DNA of 64,000 nucleotides from positions 1,001,173 through 1,065,172 of the forward strand of contig CAVOJQ010000012.1 in NCBI GenBank assembly GCA_963696275.1, read 5' to 3'. Origin of the DNA: an uncultured Acidobacteriaceae bacterium (GTDB lineage: Bacteria; Acidobacteriota; Terriglobia; Terriglobales; Acidobacteriaceae). The notes under the pieces were generated by a model. The model had not been told where the DNA came from, did not search any database, and was given only the letters and a program-made list of their open reading frames with translations. Made by a program: the position numbers and the translations under genes. Numbering within the stretch: position 1 is the first letter of the stretch; the number at the start of each line of letters is the position of its first letter. This document shows, piece after piece, positions 24,743-33,984 of this stretch.

Positions 24743-27608
24743 CATGGATTTGTCTTATAAAAGCTGGCTGCCTGCAGCTATTTTGGCGGTTGCGGGAATA
24801 CTGAGTGCGGGGATGGCGAAGGCGCAGTCGGGTGGAGGTTCGGGATCGATTAACGGTTCGGTGCTCGATCCCTCGGGCGCGGTGATTCCCGATGCAACGG
24901 TGGAAATTCATAACCCGGTCAGCGGCTTTGACCGGAAGACGACCAGCGACAGCAAAGGGAACTTTTCTTTCTTGAACGTGCCCTTTAATCCCTACCACAT
25001 GACGGTGACGGCCGCGGGCTTTGCATCCTACGCGGAGGATGTTCCGGTGCGCTCGACGGTTCCCGTCAACGCTCAGGTCACGCTTCAGGTGTCGAGCAGT
25101 TCGACTACGGTTACGGTCGAGGATAAGGGAGATCTGGTGGAAAACGATCCCACCTTTCACTCGGATGTGGACAAGGATCTGATCGATAAACTGCCGATGG
25201 GGACGGGATCATCGGCGCTCAGTCAAATCGTGAGTGAAGCGACGCCGGGCATCGCTTCTGACTCGAACGGGCAGATGCACGGATACGGCGATCACGCGGA
25301 GAATTCCTTTAACATCGACGACCAGCCGGATACGGACCAGCATAGCAAGGTTTTTTCCAACCAACTTTCGGTCGACTCGATCCAGTCCATGGAAGTGATC
25401 GCGGGCGCGCCGCCGGCGGAATACGGCGGGAAGACGAGCGTGGTGATTGTCGCGACCACGCGCTCCGGCCTGGGTGTCAATCCACCGCACGGAAGTGTGA
25501 CCACTTCCTATGGATCGTTTGGCTCATCCACTGTGAGCGCCGATGTCGCGTATGGCGGCAAGAAATGGGGAAACTTCGTCTCCCTCGGCGGGTTGAACAG
25601 CGGTCGGTTTCTGGATGCGCCGGAGTTCGCCGTCATCCATGACAAGGGAAACGAGCAGAGCTTTTTCGACCGGGTGGATTTTCAAGCGACTTCGGCCGAT
25701 TCCATACGCCTGAACTTCAGTTACAGCCGAAGCTGGTTCCAGACTCCGAATTCCCTCGACGCCCAGAATGCCACCGCGTGGAGCGGGCTCAACGGAGTTC
25801 TGCCTGCGGTGCAAAACTATGGCGGGACGGTTCCGGGGACGAATATCGTCGTGGGAGAAACCGATCAACGCTCGAAAATCGGCACCTTTAACGTCGCGCC
25901 CTCGTGGACCCGTCTGCTCAGCAATACATCGGTTTTCACCTTGGGCGCCTTTGTCCGGCGCGATGATTACAACTACTACCCGAGCAACGATCCATTCGCG
26001 GACCTCGGTCCGCCCAGTCTGCAGAGACAAACCGTGGGTCAGAATCGCACCCTCACGAATGCCGGCCTTCGCTCCGATATTTCTTACGTCAAGGGGATTA
26101 ATAACATCAAGGCCGGCGTTGTCTACCAGCAGACGTTTCTCGATGAGAACGACGCGATTGGGATTGTCGATCCAGCCTACAATGCGCCTTGCCTGACGCT
26201 CGCGAGCTCGGCCTCCAGCCCCAACGTTCCAGTTGCGGGTTATAGGGATCCGTCGCAGTGTGCGGCCGCCGACTTAGCGGCGAATGTGGTCAATCCCGCC
26301 AGCCCGTACTTTAATCCCAATGCACCGAATACCGCGTTTTACCCGGCATTCAATCCAATTCTGTTGCCTTACGACTTCACTCGCGGAGGCGGCGCATACG
26401 CGTTTCACGGTCACACCGATGTAAAGGAGTTGGCTCTTTACATTCAGGACGCGATCACCAAAGGAAACTGGTCGATGAATCTGGGCTTGCGCGGCGATTT
26501 CTACAACGGTCTGACGACGGCGAACCAGGCCGAGCCGCGGATTGGCATCTCTTACAACGTCAAGAAGACCAGCACGATTCTTCGCGTCTCCTATGCGCGT
26601 ACGCTGGAGTCGCCGTTTAATGAAAATTTGATTCTTTCCAGTATCGGATGCACCAACCCGGTCTTGGCTCCCCTGCTCGCCTGTTCGCCGCCGGTGCCCG
26701 GAACTTTTGAAGCCAACCCTCTGAGCCCCGGCTTCCGCAACGAGTTCCACGCCGGGCTGGAGCAGGCTCTCGGCAAATACCTGGTTTTTTCCGGCGAGTG
26801 GATCACCAAGTACACGCATAATGGCTTCGATTTCAGCGTGCTGGGCAACACGCCGATCACGTTCCCCATCGAATGGCACAACGCCAAGATTCCCGGATAC
26901 GCCGGCCGCGTGAGCGTCCCGAATGTGCACGGTTTTTCGGCACAGATGGTGTTCTCGAGTGTGGCCGCGCGCTTCTTCCATCCTCAGATCGGCGGAGCAG
27001 GCGCGACGGTTTCCACCACCAACCTCCCCTTCCGCATCGATCACGACGAAAAGTTCAACCAGACAACCCACTTGCAATATCAGCCCTGGAAGCGTGGCCC
27101 GTGGGCTGGTTTCAACTGGCGGTATGACAGCGGTCTGGTCGCCGGCAACGCGCCCTGTTATGGAATTTATGGTTTCAATAACTGTCCGCAGTCGACGACC
27201 ATCGGCGGCCAACCGGCCGTGTTTTTGCAAGACTCTTTCGGCAACCCCTTGAGCGCAGATCAGGAGTACGAAGCCGGCTTCACTTGCAGTGGCGTCCACG
27301 CCACGCCAACCACTCCGCTGCCTTCGCCATGCCTGGCTTCGCAGTTCGGGTCCAATCTGATCAGGGTGCCGGCAATCAACACGGAGAACGACGACCACAA
27401 CCCTCCGCGCATCGCGTCGCGCAGCCTGTTTGACGTGTCGCTAGGCGACGATAACCTGTTCAAAGGCGACCATTACAAATGGAGCGCGACTTTGACCGCC
27501 ATCAACGTGGCAAACAAGGTGGCTTTATATAACTTCCTGTCAACCTTCAGCGGCACCCACTACGTAACGCCGCGAGCCTTGTCGGCGGAGATCGGTTTTC
27601 ACTTCTAA
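24743..27608 (+). CDS. TonB-dependent receptor-like outer-membrane protein with carboxypeptidase-regulatory-like N-terminal domain
   Basis: GGAGGA SD at 24734-24739. Signal peptide, 'GSINGSVLDPSGAVIPDATVEIHNPVSGFDRKTTSDSKGNFSFLNVPFNPYHMTVTAAGF', plug-like 'IQSMEVIAGAPPAEYGGKTSVVI', C-terminal 'RALSAEIGFHF'. Confidence 0.8.
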
Positions 27609-27625
27609 GGCGATTGGCTTCCAGG

Positions 27626-27680
27626 CACGACTACCGGGAAGGCCCACGACTGCCGGGAGGAGCACGACCTTACCGGCTGC
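27626..27680 (+). repeat. 18-19 bp x3 tandem repeat (CACGAC-N2-3-CCGG units)
   Basis: 'CACGACTACCGGGAAGGCC / CACGACTGCCGGGAGGAG / CACGACCTTACCGGCTGC'. Confidence 0.65.
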
Positions 27681-27700
27681 GGAAAAACTCCGCTTCGCGC
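27675..27700 (+). repeat. dispersed motif GCTGCGGAAAAACTCCGCT, copy 2
   Basis: Identical 19-mer to 4128-4146. Embedded in a composite repeat region. Confidence 0.7.
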
Positions 27701-28045
27701 CGGCTTGGGGAAGGGCATGGCCGGGGCCCCCGGCAAGCCCGCTTTTGGCTTGCTGGGGTGGACGGCTTCAGCCGTGCCGTAACTGCCGAAATTGCCTCGC
27801 GCTTGAGCTCCTCGGTCAGGCTACTTGAATCGCTGCATTATCAGCAGGATGGCGGGGAACAACCTCCTGAAGTCATCGCTCCCGTATTACGTAAGTTTGT
27901 CCCCGATTGACCCAACTCTTTCCTGCCCGTCCGCCGCCTGCTATCAATAGTTGTTCCCACATTATTGCTCCCCTGGGAATCGCCCCCCGGCCTTCCGGGC
28001 AGGAGTCTGCCAGAAGTGAAAACCCGCCCTCAATCCTGGAGGGAA

Positions 28046-30799
28046 ATGAGCCTCGTGCCACGGCTTTTTATTGCCGTAGTCGTGCTCTGTGGGATGACCG
28101 TGCTGACCTATTCCGTCACGCACGGCAACAGTGCGAATCCAATCAAGTTTTTCTGCTATGTCGTAATCGCTCTGGCGGCTTCACGGCTGAAGGTAAACCT
28201 TCCCGCCATTACCGGCACCATGTCGGTGAATTTTCTGTTTCTGCTGCTGGCCGTGCTGGAACTGAGCCTGCCCGAGGCGATGGCGATGGGCTGCGCCGCG
28301 GTGGTCGTGCAGTGTCTGGGCCACGAGCGCATCAATCCCATCCAGGTTTCGTTTAACGTTTGCTCGACGGCCTTGGCCATTGCGGCAACCTTTGCCACCT
28401 ACCAGTATTCCCTGTTGCATCGCGGTGCTAGTAATCACACCACGCTCCTCTTTCTGGCGGCATCCGTCTACTTCGTCGCCAATACCCTGCCGGTGGCCGC
28501 TGTCATCTCGCTGACCGAGCGCCGGTCGCTGCGGAAGATCTGGTCAGAATGCTACTTCTGGAGCTTCCCTTACTACCTGGTGGGCGCCGCTGTAGCCGGC
28601 ACCATGAACTGGCTGCATGGATTCACCGACTGGCAGACGTCATTGCTGATGCTTCCCGTGGTGTATCTGGTGTACCGCTCGTATCGCCTGTATCTCGGCA
28701 AACTCGAGGACGAAAAGCGGCACGTCGAAGAGATGGCCGACTTGCATATGCGGACCATTGAGGCGCTCGCGCTCGCCATTGAGGCCAAGGATCAGACGAC
28801 CCACGATCACCTGCAACGCGTTCGCGTCTATGCCATCGAGGTCGCCAAGGATCTGAAGGTTGAGTTCGACGAAATGGAGGCCCTGCAGGCCGCGGCGTTG
28901 CTGCATGACATCGGCAAGCTCGCGATTCCCGAGCACATCATCTCCAAGCCGGGGCGCCTCACGCCCGAAGAGTTCGAGAAGATGAAGATCCATCCGGTGG
29001 TCGGAGCGGAGATTCTGGAGCGCGTTCGATTTCCCTACCCGGTGGTGCCGATCGTGCGCGCTCATCATGAAAAATTTGACGGCACGGGCTATCCGCTGGG
29101 ATTGAAGGGGACGCAAATTCCGATCGGCGCTCGCATTCTGGCGGCCGTCGATTTTCTGGACGCAATGGCTTCCGACCGGCAATACCGGCGCGCCCTGCCC
29201 CTGCATGAAGCCATGGCGCGGCTGGTGGAAGAATCGGGAAAGTCGTTTGATCCGGACGTGGTCAGGGTGCTGCAACGGCGGTATGTCGAGCTCGAGCAAC
29301 TGGTTCATCAACGCACCGACAATCTGGCCAAACAAAAACTGTCGACCGAGGTCGAGGTCAGGGACCCGCTGAAGGACGCGAGGCCGGCGATTCAGCCGGC
29401 AGCGGGCTTCGAAATGCAGGGACGGCGGCAATCGCCGGAGCGCAGCTTCCTCAGTTCGATCGCGGCGGCGCGCCAGGAAGCGCAGACTCTTTTCGAACTC
29501 AGCCAGGATCTCGGAGCGTCCCTCAGCCTGGGCGAGACCCTCTCCGTGTTCGCGGTGAAGTTGCGGCGCGCCATGCCTTACGATGCCATTGCCATCTACG
29601 TCCGTCATGGCGATGAACTGGTGCCGGAATATGTGAACGGAGATAACTTCCGCCTTTTCGCCTCACTGCGCATCCCCGTCGGGCAGGGATTGTCGGGGTG
29701 GGTGGCGCAAAACCTGAAGCCGATCCTGAACGGAAATCCTTCCGTCGAGCCCGGCTACCTGAACGACACTTCGAAGTACAGCACGCTGAACTCGGCGCTC
29801 GCCGTTCCCCTCGAGGGTCTGCAGGGCGTGGTCGGGGTGGTTGCTTTGTATCACGCGGAGAAAGACTTCTTCACCTCCGACCACCTGCGGATTCTCCAGG
29901 CAGTCAGTTCGAAGATGGCGCTCGCCATCGATAACGCCAAGAAGTACGAGCAGGCGGAGAGTTCGGCGGTCACCGATTATCTCACCGGCCTTCCCAATGC
30001 GCGGTCGCTCTTCCTGCAACTCGACCGCGAAATGGCGCGCTGCAAGCGCGATAACGCGACCCTCACCGTGATGGTCGCGGACCTCGATGGCTTCAAACAG
30101 ATCAATGACCGCTTCGGGCACCTGGAAGGGAATCGCGTGCTGCGGTTGTTTGCCCACTCGCTGAAGGAAACGAGCCGCGAGTACGATTATGTCGCCCGCA
30201 TGGGCGGCGACGAATTTGTCGTCATCGCTCCCGGACTTACGGCGGAGGCTTGCACGCGCAAGGCAGAGCAGATGCGGGCGCTCGCGCAACAGGCGGGAAA
30301 GGATGTCTGCAACGAAGACATTCTGTCGCTGAGCGTGGGCAAGGCCATTTATCCGGAAGACGGCATGGATGCGGAAAAGATTTTGTCGGAGGCCGACAAG
30401 CGCATGTATCTGCAAAAGCGCAGCCAGTCCTCGCCCAAAAACCGGCGTCTGTACCCGCGGGTACGAGGCCGCCTCACCACCGAAATTTCCGCCAGCGGCC
30501 AACCCAAGCCCTTGCTCGGTATTGTTACCAACCTCAGCCTCGGCGGTTGCTATGTTGAAACCAGCGGCCTGCTGATGCCCGGCTCACAACTGGAGCTGGC
30601 TCTTTCCCACGAACAGACCCATGTTTCGATTGCCGGCGAAATCGTCCGCCTCGACCTGGGAGTGGGCGCCGCGATGAAGTTCAACGAAGCGACCCATGAG
30701 GTACGCGCCGCCTTGCAGCGCATTCTGGAACAACTCGGCAAGGCGGAGAGTGTGATCGATTTAAAACGCAGCCAGGCTGCGGCTGGCCACACCCTGTAA
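28046..30799 (+). CDS. multi-TM / HD-GYP / GAF / GGDEF / PilZ c-di-GMP signalling protein
   Basis: GGAGGG SD. About 7 N-terminal TM helices. HD-GYP 'HDHLQRV ... LLHDIGKLAIP ... HHEKFDGTGYP'. A GAF segment. GGDEF 'SREYDYVARMGGDEFVV' with RxxD five residues upstream. PilZ 'RRLYPR' (RxxxR) and 'NLSLGG' (D/NxSxxG). Confidence 0.85.
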   Translation: MSLVPRLFIAVVVLCGMTVLTYSVTHGNSANPIKFFCYVVIALAASRLKVNLPAITGTMSVNFLFLLLAVLELSLPEAMAMGCAAVVVQCLGHERINPIQVSFNVCSTALAIAATFATYQYSLLHRGASNHTTLLFLAASVYFVANTLPVAAVISLTERRSLRKIWSECYFWSFPYYLVGAAVAGTMNWLHGFTDWQTSLLMLPVVYLVYRSYRLYLGKLEDEKRHVEEMADLHMRTIEALALAIEAKDQTTHDHLQRVRVYAIEVAKDLKVEFDEMEALQAAALLHDIGKLAIPEHIISKPGRLTPEEFEKMKIHPVVGAEILERVRFPYPVVPIVRAHHEKFDGTGYPLGLKGTQIPIGARILAAVDFLDAMASDRQYRRALPLHEAMARLVEESGKSFDPDVVRVLQRRYVELEQLVHQRTDNLAKQKLSTEVEVRDPLKDARPAIQPAAGFEMQGRRQSPERSFLSSIAAARQEAQTLFELSQDLGASLSLGETLSVFAVKLRRAMPYDAIAIYVRHGDELVPEYVNGDNFRLFASLRIPVGQGLSGWVAQNLKPILNGNPSVEPGYLNDTSKYSTLNSALAVPLEGLQGVVGVVALYHAEKDFFTSDHLRILQAVSSKMALAIDNAKKYEQAESSAVTDYLTGLPNARSLFLQLDREMARCKRDNATLTVMVADLDGFKQINDRFGHLEGNRVLRLFAHSLKETSREYDYVARMGGDEFVVIAPGLTAEACTRKAEQMRALAQQAGKDVCNEDILSLSVGKAIYPEDGMDAEKILSEADKRMYLQKRSQSSPKNRRLYPRVRGRLTTEISASGQPKPLLGIVTNLSLGGCYVETSGLLMPGSQLELALSHEQTHVSIAGEIVRLDLGVGAAMKFNEATHEVRAALQRILEQLGKAESVIDLKRSQAAAGHTL

Positions 30800-30811
30800 C
30801 GTCGTTTCACA

Positions 30812-31927
30812 TCAGGCGGGTACGGCGATCGGGCGAATCTGAATCAAGGGGACATTGCCTGAGGTACTGCGGGGTTTCGAGAGCCCCTGCTGCAGCATAT
30901 TCGCCGTCGGAATTCCCGTCCGGTAGAAGGATTTTTCGCAATCCGCGGAGGACGGGCCGCGCATGCTTCCTTCCATGTACGCCAATCCAGGGCAGCGCGA
31001 GCAACTGCTGACATGCGAGCAGGACGAACAGACGGTCAGATCTTTGGCCTGGATAGAGCGCACTTCCTTGAACTGCGGCGAATAATTCCAGATATCCAGG
31101 AACTTCTGCTGACGAATGTTTCCCGTGGGAAGCGGGAACTGCACGCAGGGAAAAACATCGCCGTAGGGCGATATGTAGCAGAAGGAATGGCCCGCGCTGC
31201 ACGAATAACCTTCGAGATCCTCTTCCGAGACCGGCTTGGGAGGCGCGCAGAACTCCTCCTGATTGCCGACCAGCGCCGGATTATGAAAAATCTCCGTCAG
31301 TTCCTCGCCCGGAATCCGCAGGGAGAGGATCGACGTGTCGCCATCCATCATCGGTGTGATGGTCGGATCGAGCGTGTAATGCGCGTCGAGCTCGGCGGCC
31401 AGTTTTTGCACGCCGGCATGGTCGGAGGAATTCCCGGTCATCAGCACGTTGGCGATGGTGACGCGAACCCCCCGCTCCCGCAGGAAACGGATGGCCTTGA
31501 CCGTGCGCTCGAAGGAGTGCGGCAGCTTGGTGATCGCGTCATGCACTTCGGGACGATGCGAGTAGACGCTGATCTGGATGGTGTCGACGGAGAGGTCGCG
31601 AATTCTTCGCGCCTCTTCTTCGTGGATCATCACCGCGTTGGTCTTGATCTTGACGTTGAACATCAGGCGGCGGGCGTGTTCGACAATCTCAAAAAAATCG
31701 CGACGCAGAAAAACCTCGCCGCCGCTGAGCGTAAGAAAAAAGACGCCGGCATCGGCCAGTTGATCGAGCACATCCTTGATCTCGGCGGTGGTCATTTCGC
31801 CGTGATCGTCATGATCGAGATAGCAATGAATGCAGCGCTCGTTGCAGCGAAACGTGACATCCATGTGGACGGCGAGCGGCACTCCCAGGTTGAATGCCTT
31901 CTGCCCAATGTCGGTCATCAGGCTCAT
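30812..31927 (-). CDS. radical SAM / SPASM-domain peptide-modifying enzyme
   Basis: 'VTFRCNERCIHCY' (CX3CX2C), 'LTLSGGEVFLR', C-terminal Cys clusters 'CSAGHSFCYISPYGDVFPCVQ' and 'CSSCSHVSSCSRCPG'. ATGA overlap with the upstream PqqD-like gene. Confidence 0.85.
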   Translation of the reverse strand: MSLMTDIGQKAFNLGVPLAVHMDVTFRCNERCIHCYLDHDDHGEMTTAEIKDVLDQLADAGVFFLTLSGGEVFLRRDFFEIVEHARRLMFNVKIKTNAVMIHEEEARRIRDLSVDTIQISVYSHRPEVHDAITKLPHSFERTVKAIRFLRERGVRVTIANVLMTGNSSDHAGVQKLAAELDAHYTLDPTITPMMDGDTSILSLRIPGEELTEIFHNPALVGNQEEFCAPPKPVSEEDLEGYSCSAGHSFCYISPYGDVFPCVQFPLPTGNIRQQKFLDIWNYSPQFKEVRSIQAKDLTVCSSCSHVSSCSRCPGLAYMEGSMRGPSSADCEKSFYRTGIPTANMLQQGLSKPRSTSGNVPLIQIRPIAVPA

Positions 31928-32244
31928 CGGGACGCCTGCTGAGAAGTCTCTGCTGGCAGCGGCCGATCGGAAACGCGAAGAATTCCGTGGGCCGAGAGTT
32001 CGGTGACAAATTGCTCGGCATCGGCCTGAGCCTGTTCGGGATCGACCTCAAATTGTTCGCAAATACGGTCGCGAACTATGTCCCGCAGCGGAGTGCAGCC
32101 GTCGGCCGCCTGAAAAATCGCGGTTGCGACTTCGTTCAGGGTGAAGAAGGTCGAATCGGCGGAATTCATTACCATCATCTCGCCCGCCAGCGCCCGCGCC
32201 GCAATGGCCGAACTGCGCGCGATGTAAATGCTATTTTCAGGCAT
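31924..32244 (-). CDS. PqqD-family protein (RiPP recognition element-like)
   Basis: 'FFTLNEVATAIFQAADGCTPLRDIVRDRICEQFEVDPEQAQADAEQFVTELSAHGILRV'. The start at 32244 overlaps the upstream stop (ATGCCTGA). Confidence 0.75.
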   Translation of the reverse strand: MPENSIYIARSSAIAARALAGEMMVMNSADSTFFTLNEVATAIFQAADGCTPLRDIVRDRICEQFEVDPEQAQADAEQFVTELSAHGILRVSDRPLPAETSQQASR

Positions 32245-33130
32245 GCTCCGGCACCCCCTCGACGTTGCTGAAGGAATTGCGGTTCGAGTTCGGTTCGAAA
32301 TGACCGTCGAATTTACGCACTTCGTCCCACACCCTGGCATCAGGATAGAACGTCAGGCGGCGAATGGGAACCGTGTCCACAAAATCGCACGCAACCGCAA
32401 ATAGTTTTTCCACCAGGCCGGGGTCCTCGGCGAAGAACAGAATATTGCGCATGAGGCGGCGGACAGCCTCCGTGGAGGACAATTCGTCAACCTGGTTTGC
32501 CGGACCTTTTTCCAGAAAGAAAAGAGCTGCGACCGGAGCGCTGCAGTTTTCCCCGGGGCGGGCGAGCTCTCCCGCAAAGGGAGTGCCGAACGCGGAATAG
32601 CCGCCGGCTTTCGGCCGGAGGTAGGAAATTTCGTCGGTCAGCAGGGTGATGTCGGGCGGCGCGAGTCTCGTCATGGTGGTTTTTCCGGCGCCCGATACTC
32701 CAGAGAATAAATAAGCGCGCCCGTCGCAAATCGCGCTCGCCGCGTGCAGCAGAAAGCCGCCGCGTTCGGCAAGTATGAGGCTGTGAAGAATCCGCATCAC
32801 GGAATCAAGAGAATAGGGATTGGAATTCTGCCGCACCTGCCCTCGTCCGGTATGCGGATCCCAGCGGGCGTGGAAGTCGCCGCGCTCCAGGATCCACGCC
32901 CCCACATCATTCTTATCATTGTCATTCTTGTTGTGGTGGACGCGAACGTCGTCATCCGAACCCGGGCCCGGCGCCGTGAGATCGAATTCGAGTTCAAATT
33001 CCGGGCGTGAAGAACTGAGGAATCCGTCGTAACGCTGCCGCAGTAGCTCAAGAAAGCTGTCGCTCGTGGTGGAGAGCGCGATCGGAATGCCTCCGATCTC
33101 GACACAAGCGGTTTTTTGCGGCGCCGTCAT
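32237..33130 (-). CDS. HPr-kinase-related P-loop protein (putative peptide kinase)
   Basis: 'LHAASAICDGRAYLFSGVSGAGKTTMTRL' resembles the HprK/P C-terminal P-loop region and the HprK-like kinases of RiPP clusters. The start could instead be 33175. Confidence 0.65.
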   Translation of the reverse strand: MTAPQKTACVEIGGIPIALSTTSDSFLELLRQRYDGFLSSSRPEFELEFDLTAPGPGSDDDVRVHHNKNDNDKNDVGAWILERGDFHARWDPHTGRGQVRQNSNPYSLDSVMRILHSLILAERGGFLLHAASAICDGRAYLFSGVSGAGKTTMTRLAPPDITLLTDEISYLRPKAGGYSAFGTPFAGELARPGENCSAPVAALFFLEKGPANQVDELSSTEAVRRLMRNILFFAEDPGLVEKLFAVACDFVDTVPIRRLTFYPDARVWDEVRKFDGHFEPNSNRNSFSNVEGVPEHA

Positions 33131-33144
33131 GGTGAGAATTCCAC

Positions 33145-33663
33145 CTACCAGGATTCCAGACTTCGAAATTCGCACGCCGATGAGCTACGGCGGTTATGAA
33201 GTTTCAGCGCGAGCCGCCGCGCCAGGCTCCAGTGGCAGAGCAGTGCACCCACCGCTCGAAACCATAGCGAGGCCGTGAAGGCTCGGCGCCGGCGCGCATT
33301 CGGAACCAGGCGGCCGAGCAACGCCTCGGTAGGGTACTCAGGGTCGGCTGAACGGACGCAATCGCCACGCAGTAGAAATCCGCCGGGTGCGCAGGTTCCG
33401 ACCAGTCGATGCAGCACGAGGCGGTCGTCGCGAAGCGCCAACACGATCTCGCCCGGACGGATTTCATCGACCGGGCAGCTTTCGATTTCGACTTCATCGC
33501 CCGGCCAGAGAGCGGGCAGCATACTTTCCCCGTGAATTTGCCCGCGCACGCGCAAGGACTTTCCCGAAGGCGGGTGAACCGCGCCGCGCAAAACGTCCGC
33601 CACCAGGGCGGCACGAACTGCGCTCCAACGCGAATTCTGCGGGGGCGCTGTGTCGAGCGGCAT
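33145..33663 (-). CDS. S24/S26-fold serine peptidase, Sec11/SipW-like (Ser/His) type, with C-terminal TM
   Basis: 'GESMLPALWPGDEVEIES', 'IRPGEIVLAL', 'LVLHRLVG', 'LLRGDCVRSADPEY'. I place the start at ATG 33663 because third-position GC drops sharply upstream in this frame. Confidence 0.65.
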   Translation of the reverse strand: MPLDTAPPQNSRWSAVRAALVADVLRGAVHPPSGKSLRVRGQIHGESMLPALWPGDEVEIESCPVDEIRPGEIVLALRDDRLVLHRLVGTCAPGGFLLRGDCVRSADPEYPTEALLGRLVPNARRRRAFTASLWFRAVGALLCHWSLARRLALKLHNRRSSSACEFRSLESW

Positions 33664-33842
33664 TAGGAAGTTTTTCCCGAGAACTGGCAATTCCCGATCG
33701 TGCTGGCGATCTTGCCGCACGATAGAGCCATCGTCTCGAAGACTCGTTCGTGACGGAAGGACGGTTTCTGGTATGGCTTCTTTCCCTTTACTGAAGTTCC
33801 GGGCTGGAGCTGCTTCTCGCTTGCGGTCCGATGATCCTTCAT
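33663..33842 (-). CDS. candidate RiPP precursor peptide (59 aa, not in ORF track)
   Basis: Hand translation gives MKDHRTASEKQLQPGTSVKGKKPYQKPSFRHERVFETMALSCGKIASTIGNCQFSGKTS. Its stop overlaps the peptidase start (TAATG). Third-position GC is about 67% in this frame versus about 48% in the frame of the listed 235-aa ORF. No clear SD. Confidence 0.4.
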   Translation of the reverse strand: MKDHRTASEKQLQPGTSVKGKKPYQKPSFRHERVFETMALSCGKIASTIGNCQFSGKTS

Positions 33843-33948
33843 AAGTGGTCAAGCCGTGTTAGATCGAGAACCGGCCTATTCCCCCAGTTTCGATAGAGAG
33901 TAACGGCAGTGTACTACAAGGCTTTCGCCCATGCCAGTAATGACCCGG

Positions 33949-33973
33949 CTGCAAACGCGGGCGGATTTTGCAG
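33949..33973 (-). other. hairpin between the ABC-2 permease gene and the candidate precursor ORF
   Basis: Minus strand 'CTGCAAA ATCCGCCCGCG TTTGCAG', a perfect 7-bp stem with no T-tract. Confidence 0.4.
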
Positions 33974-33984
33974 CGCAATAATCT

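Noticed and set aside
27614-27910. 98-aa ORF downstream of the TonB-dependent receptor gene.
   Set aside because: It is composed entirely of tandem and dispersed repeat units and hairpins, is Arg/Gly-rich, and has no SD.
30812-33842. Interpreting the cluster as a lasso-peptide (paeninodin-like) locus because of PqqD plus the HprK-like kinase.
   Set aside because: There is no asparagine-synthetase-like cyclase and no transglutaminase-like B2 protease. The candidate core has no Asp/Glu at positions 7-9 for a macrolactam. A radical SAM/SPASM enzyme is present instead.
33664-33852. N-terminal 63-aa extension of the listed 235-aa ORF (33145..33852).
   Set aside because: It starts at a TTG. Third-position GC over this stretch is only about 48% versus about 77% in the peptidase body. 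The sequence is non-homologous filler, and an alternative frame with better codon statistics holds the 59-aa ORF. I start the peptidase at ATG 33663.
33876-33932. 18-aa ORF MGESLVVHCRYSLSKLGE between the permease and the operon, as an alternative precursor.
   Set aside because: It has no SD, third-position GC of about 50%, no coupling to the downstream genes and no leader-like motif.
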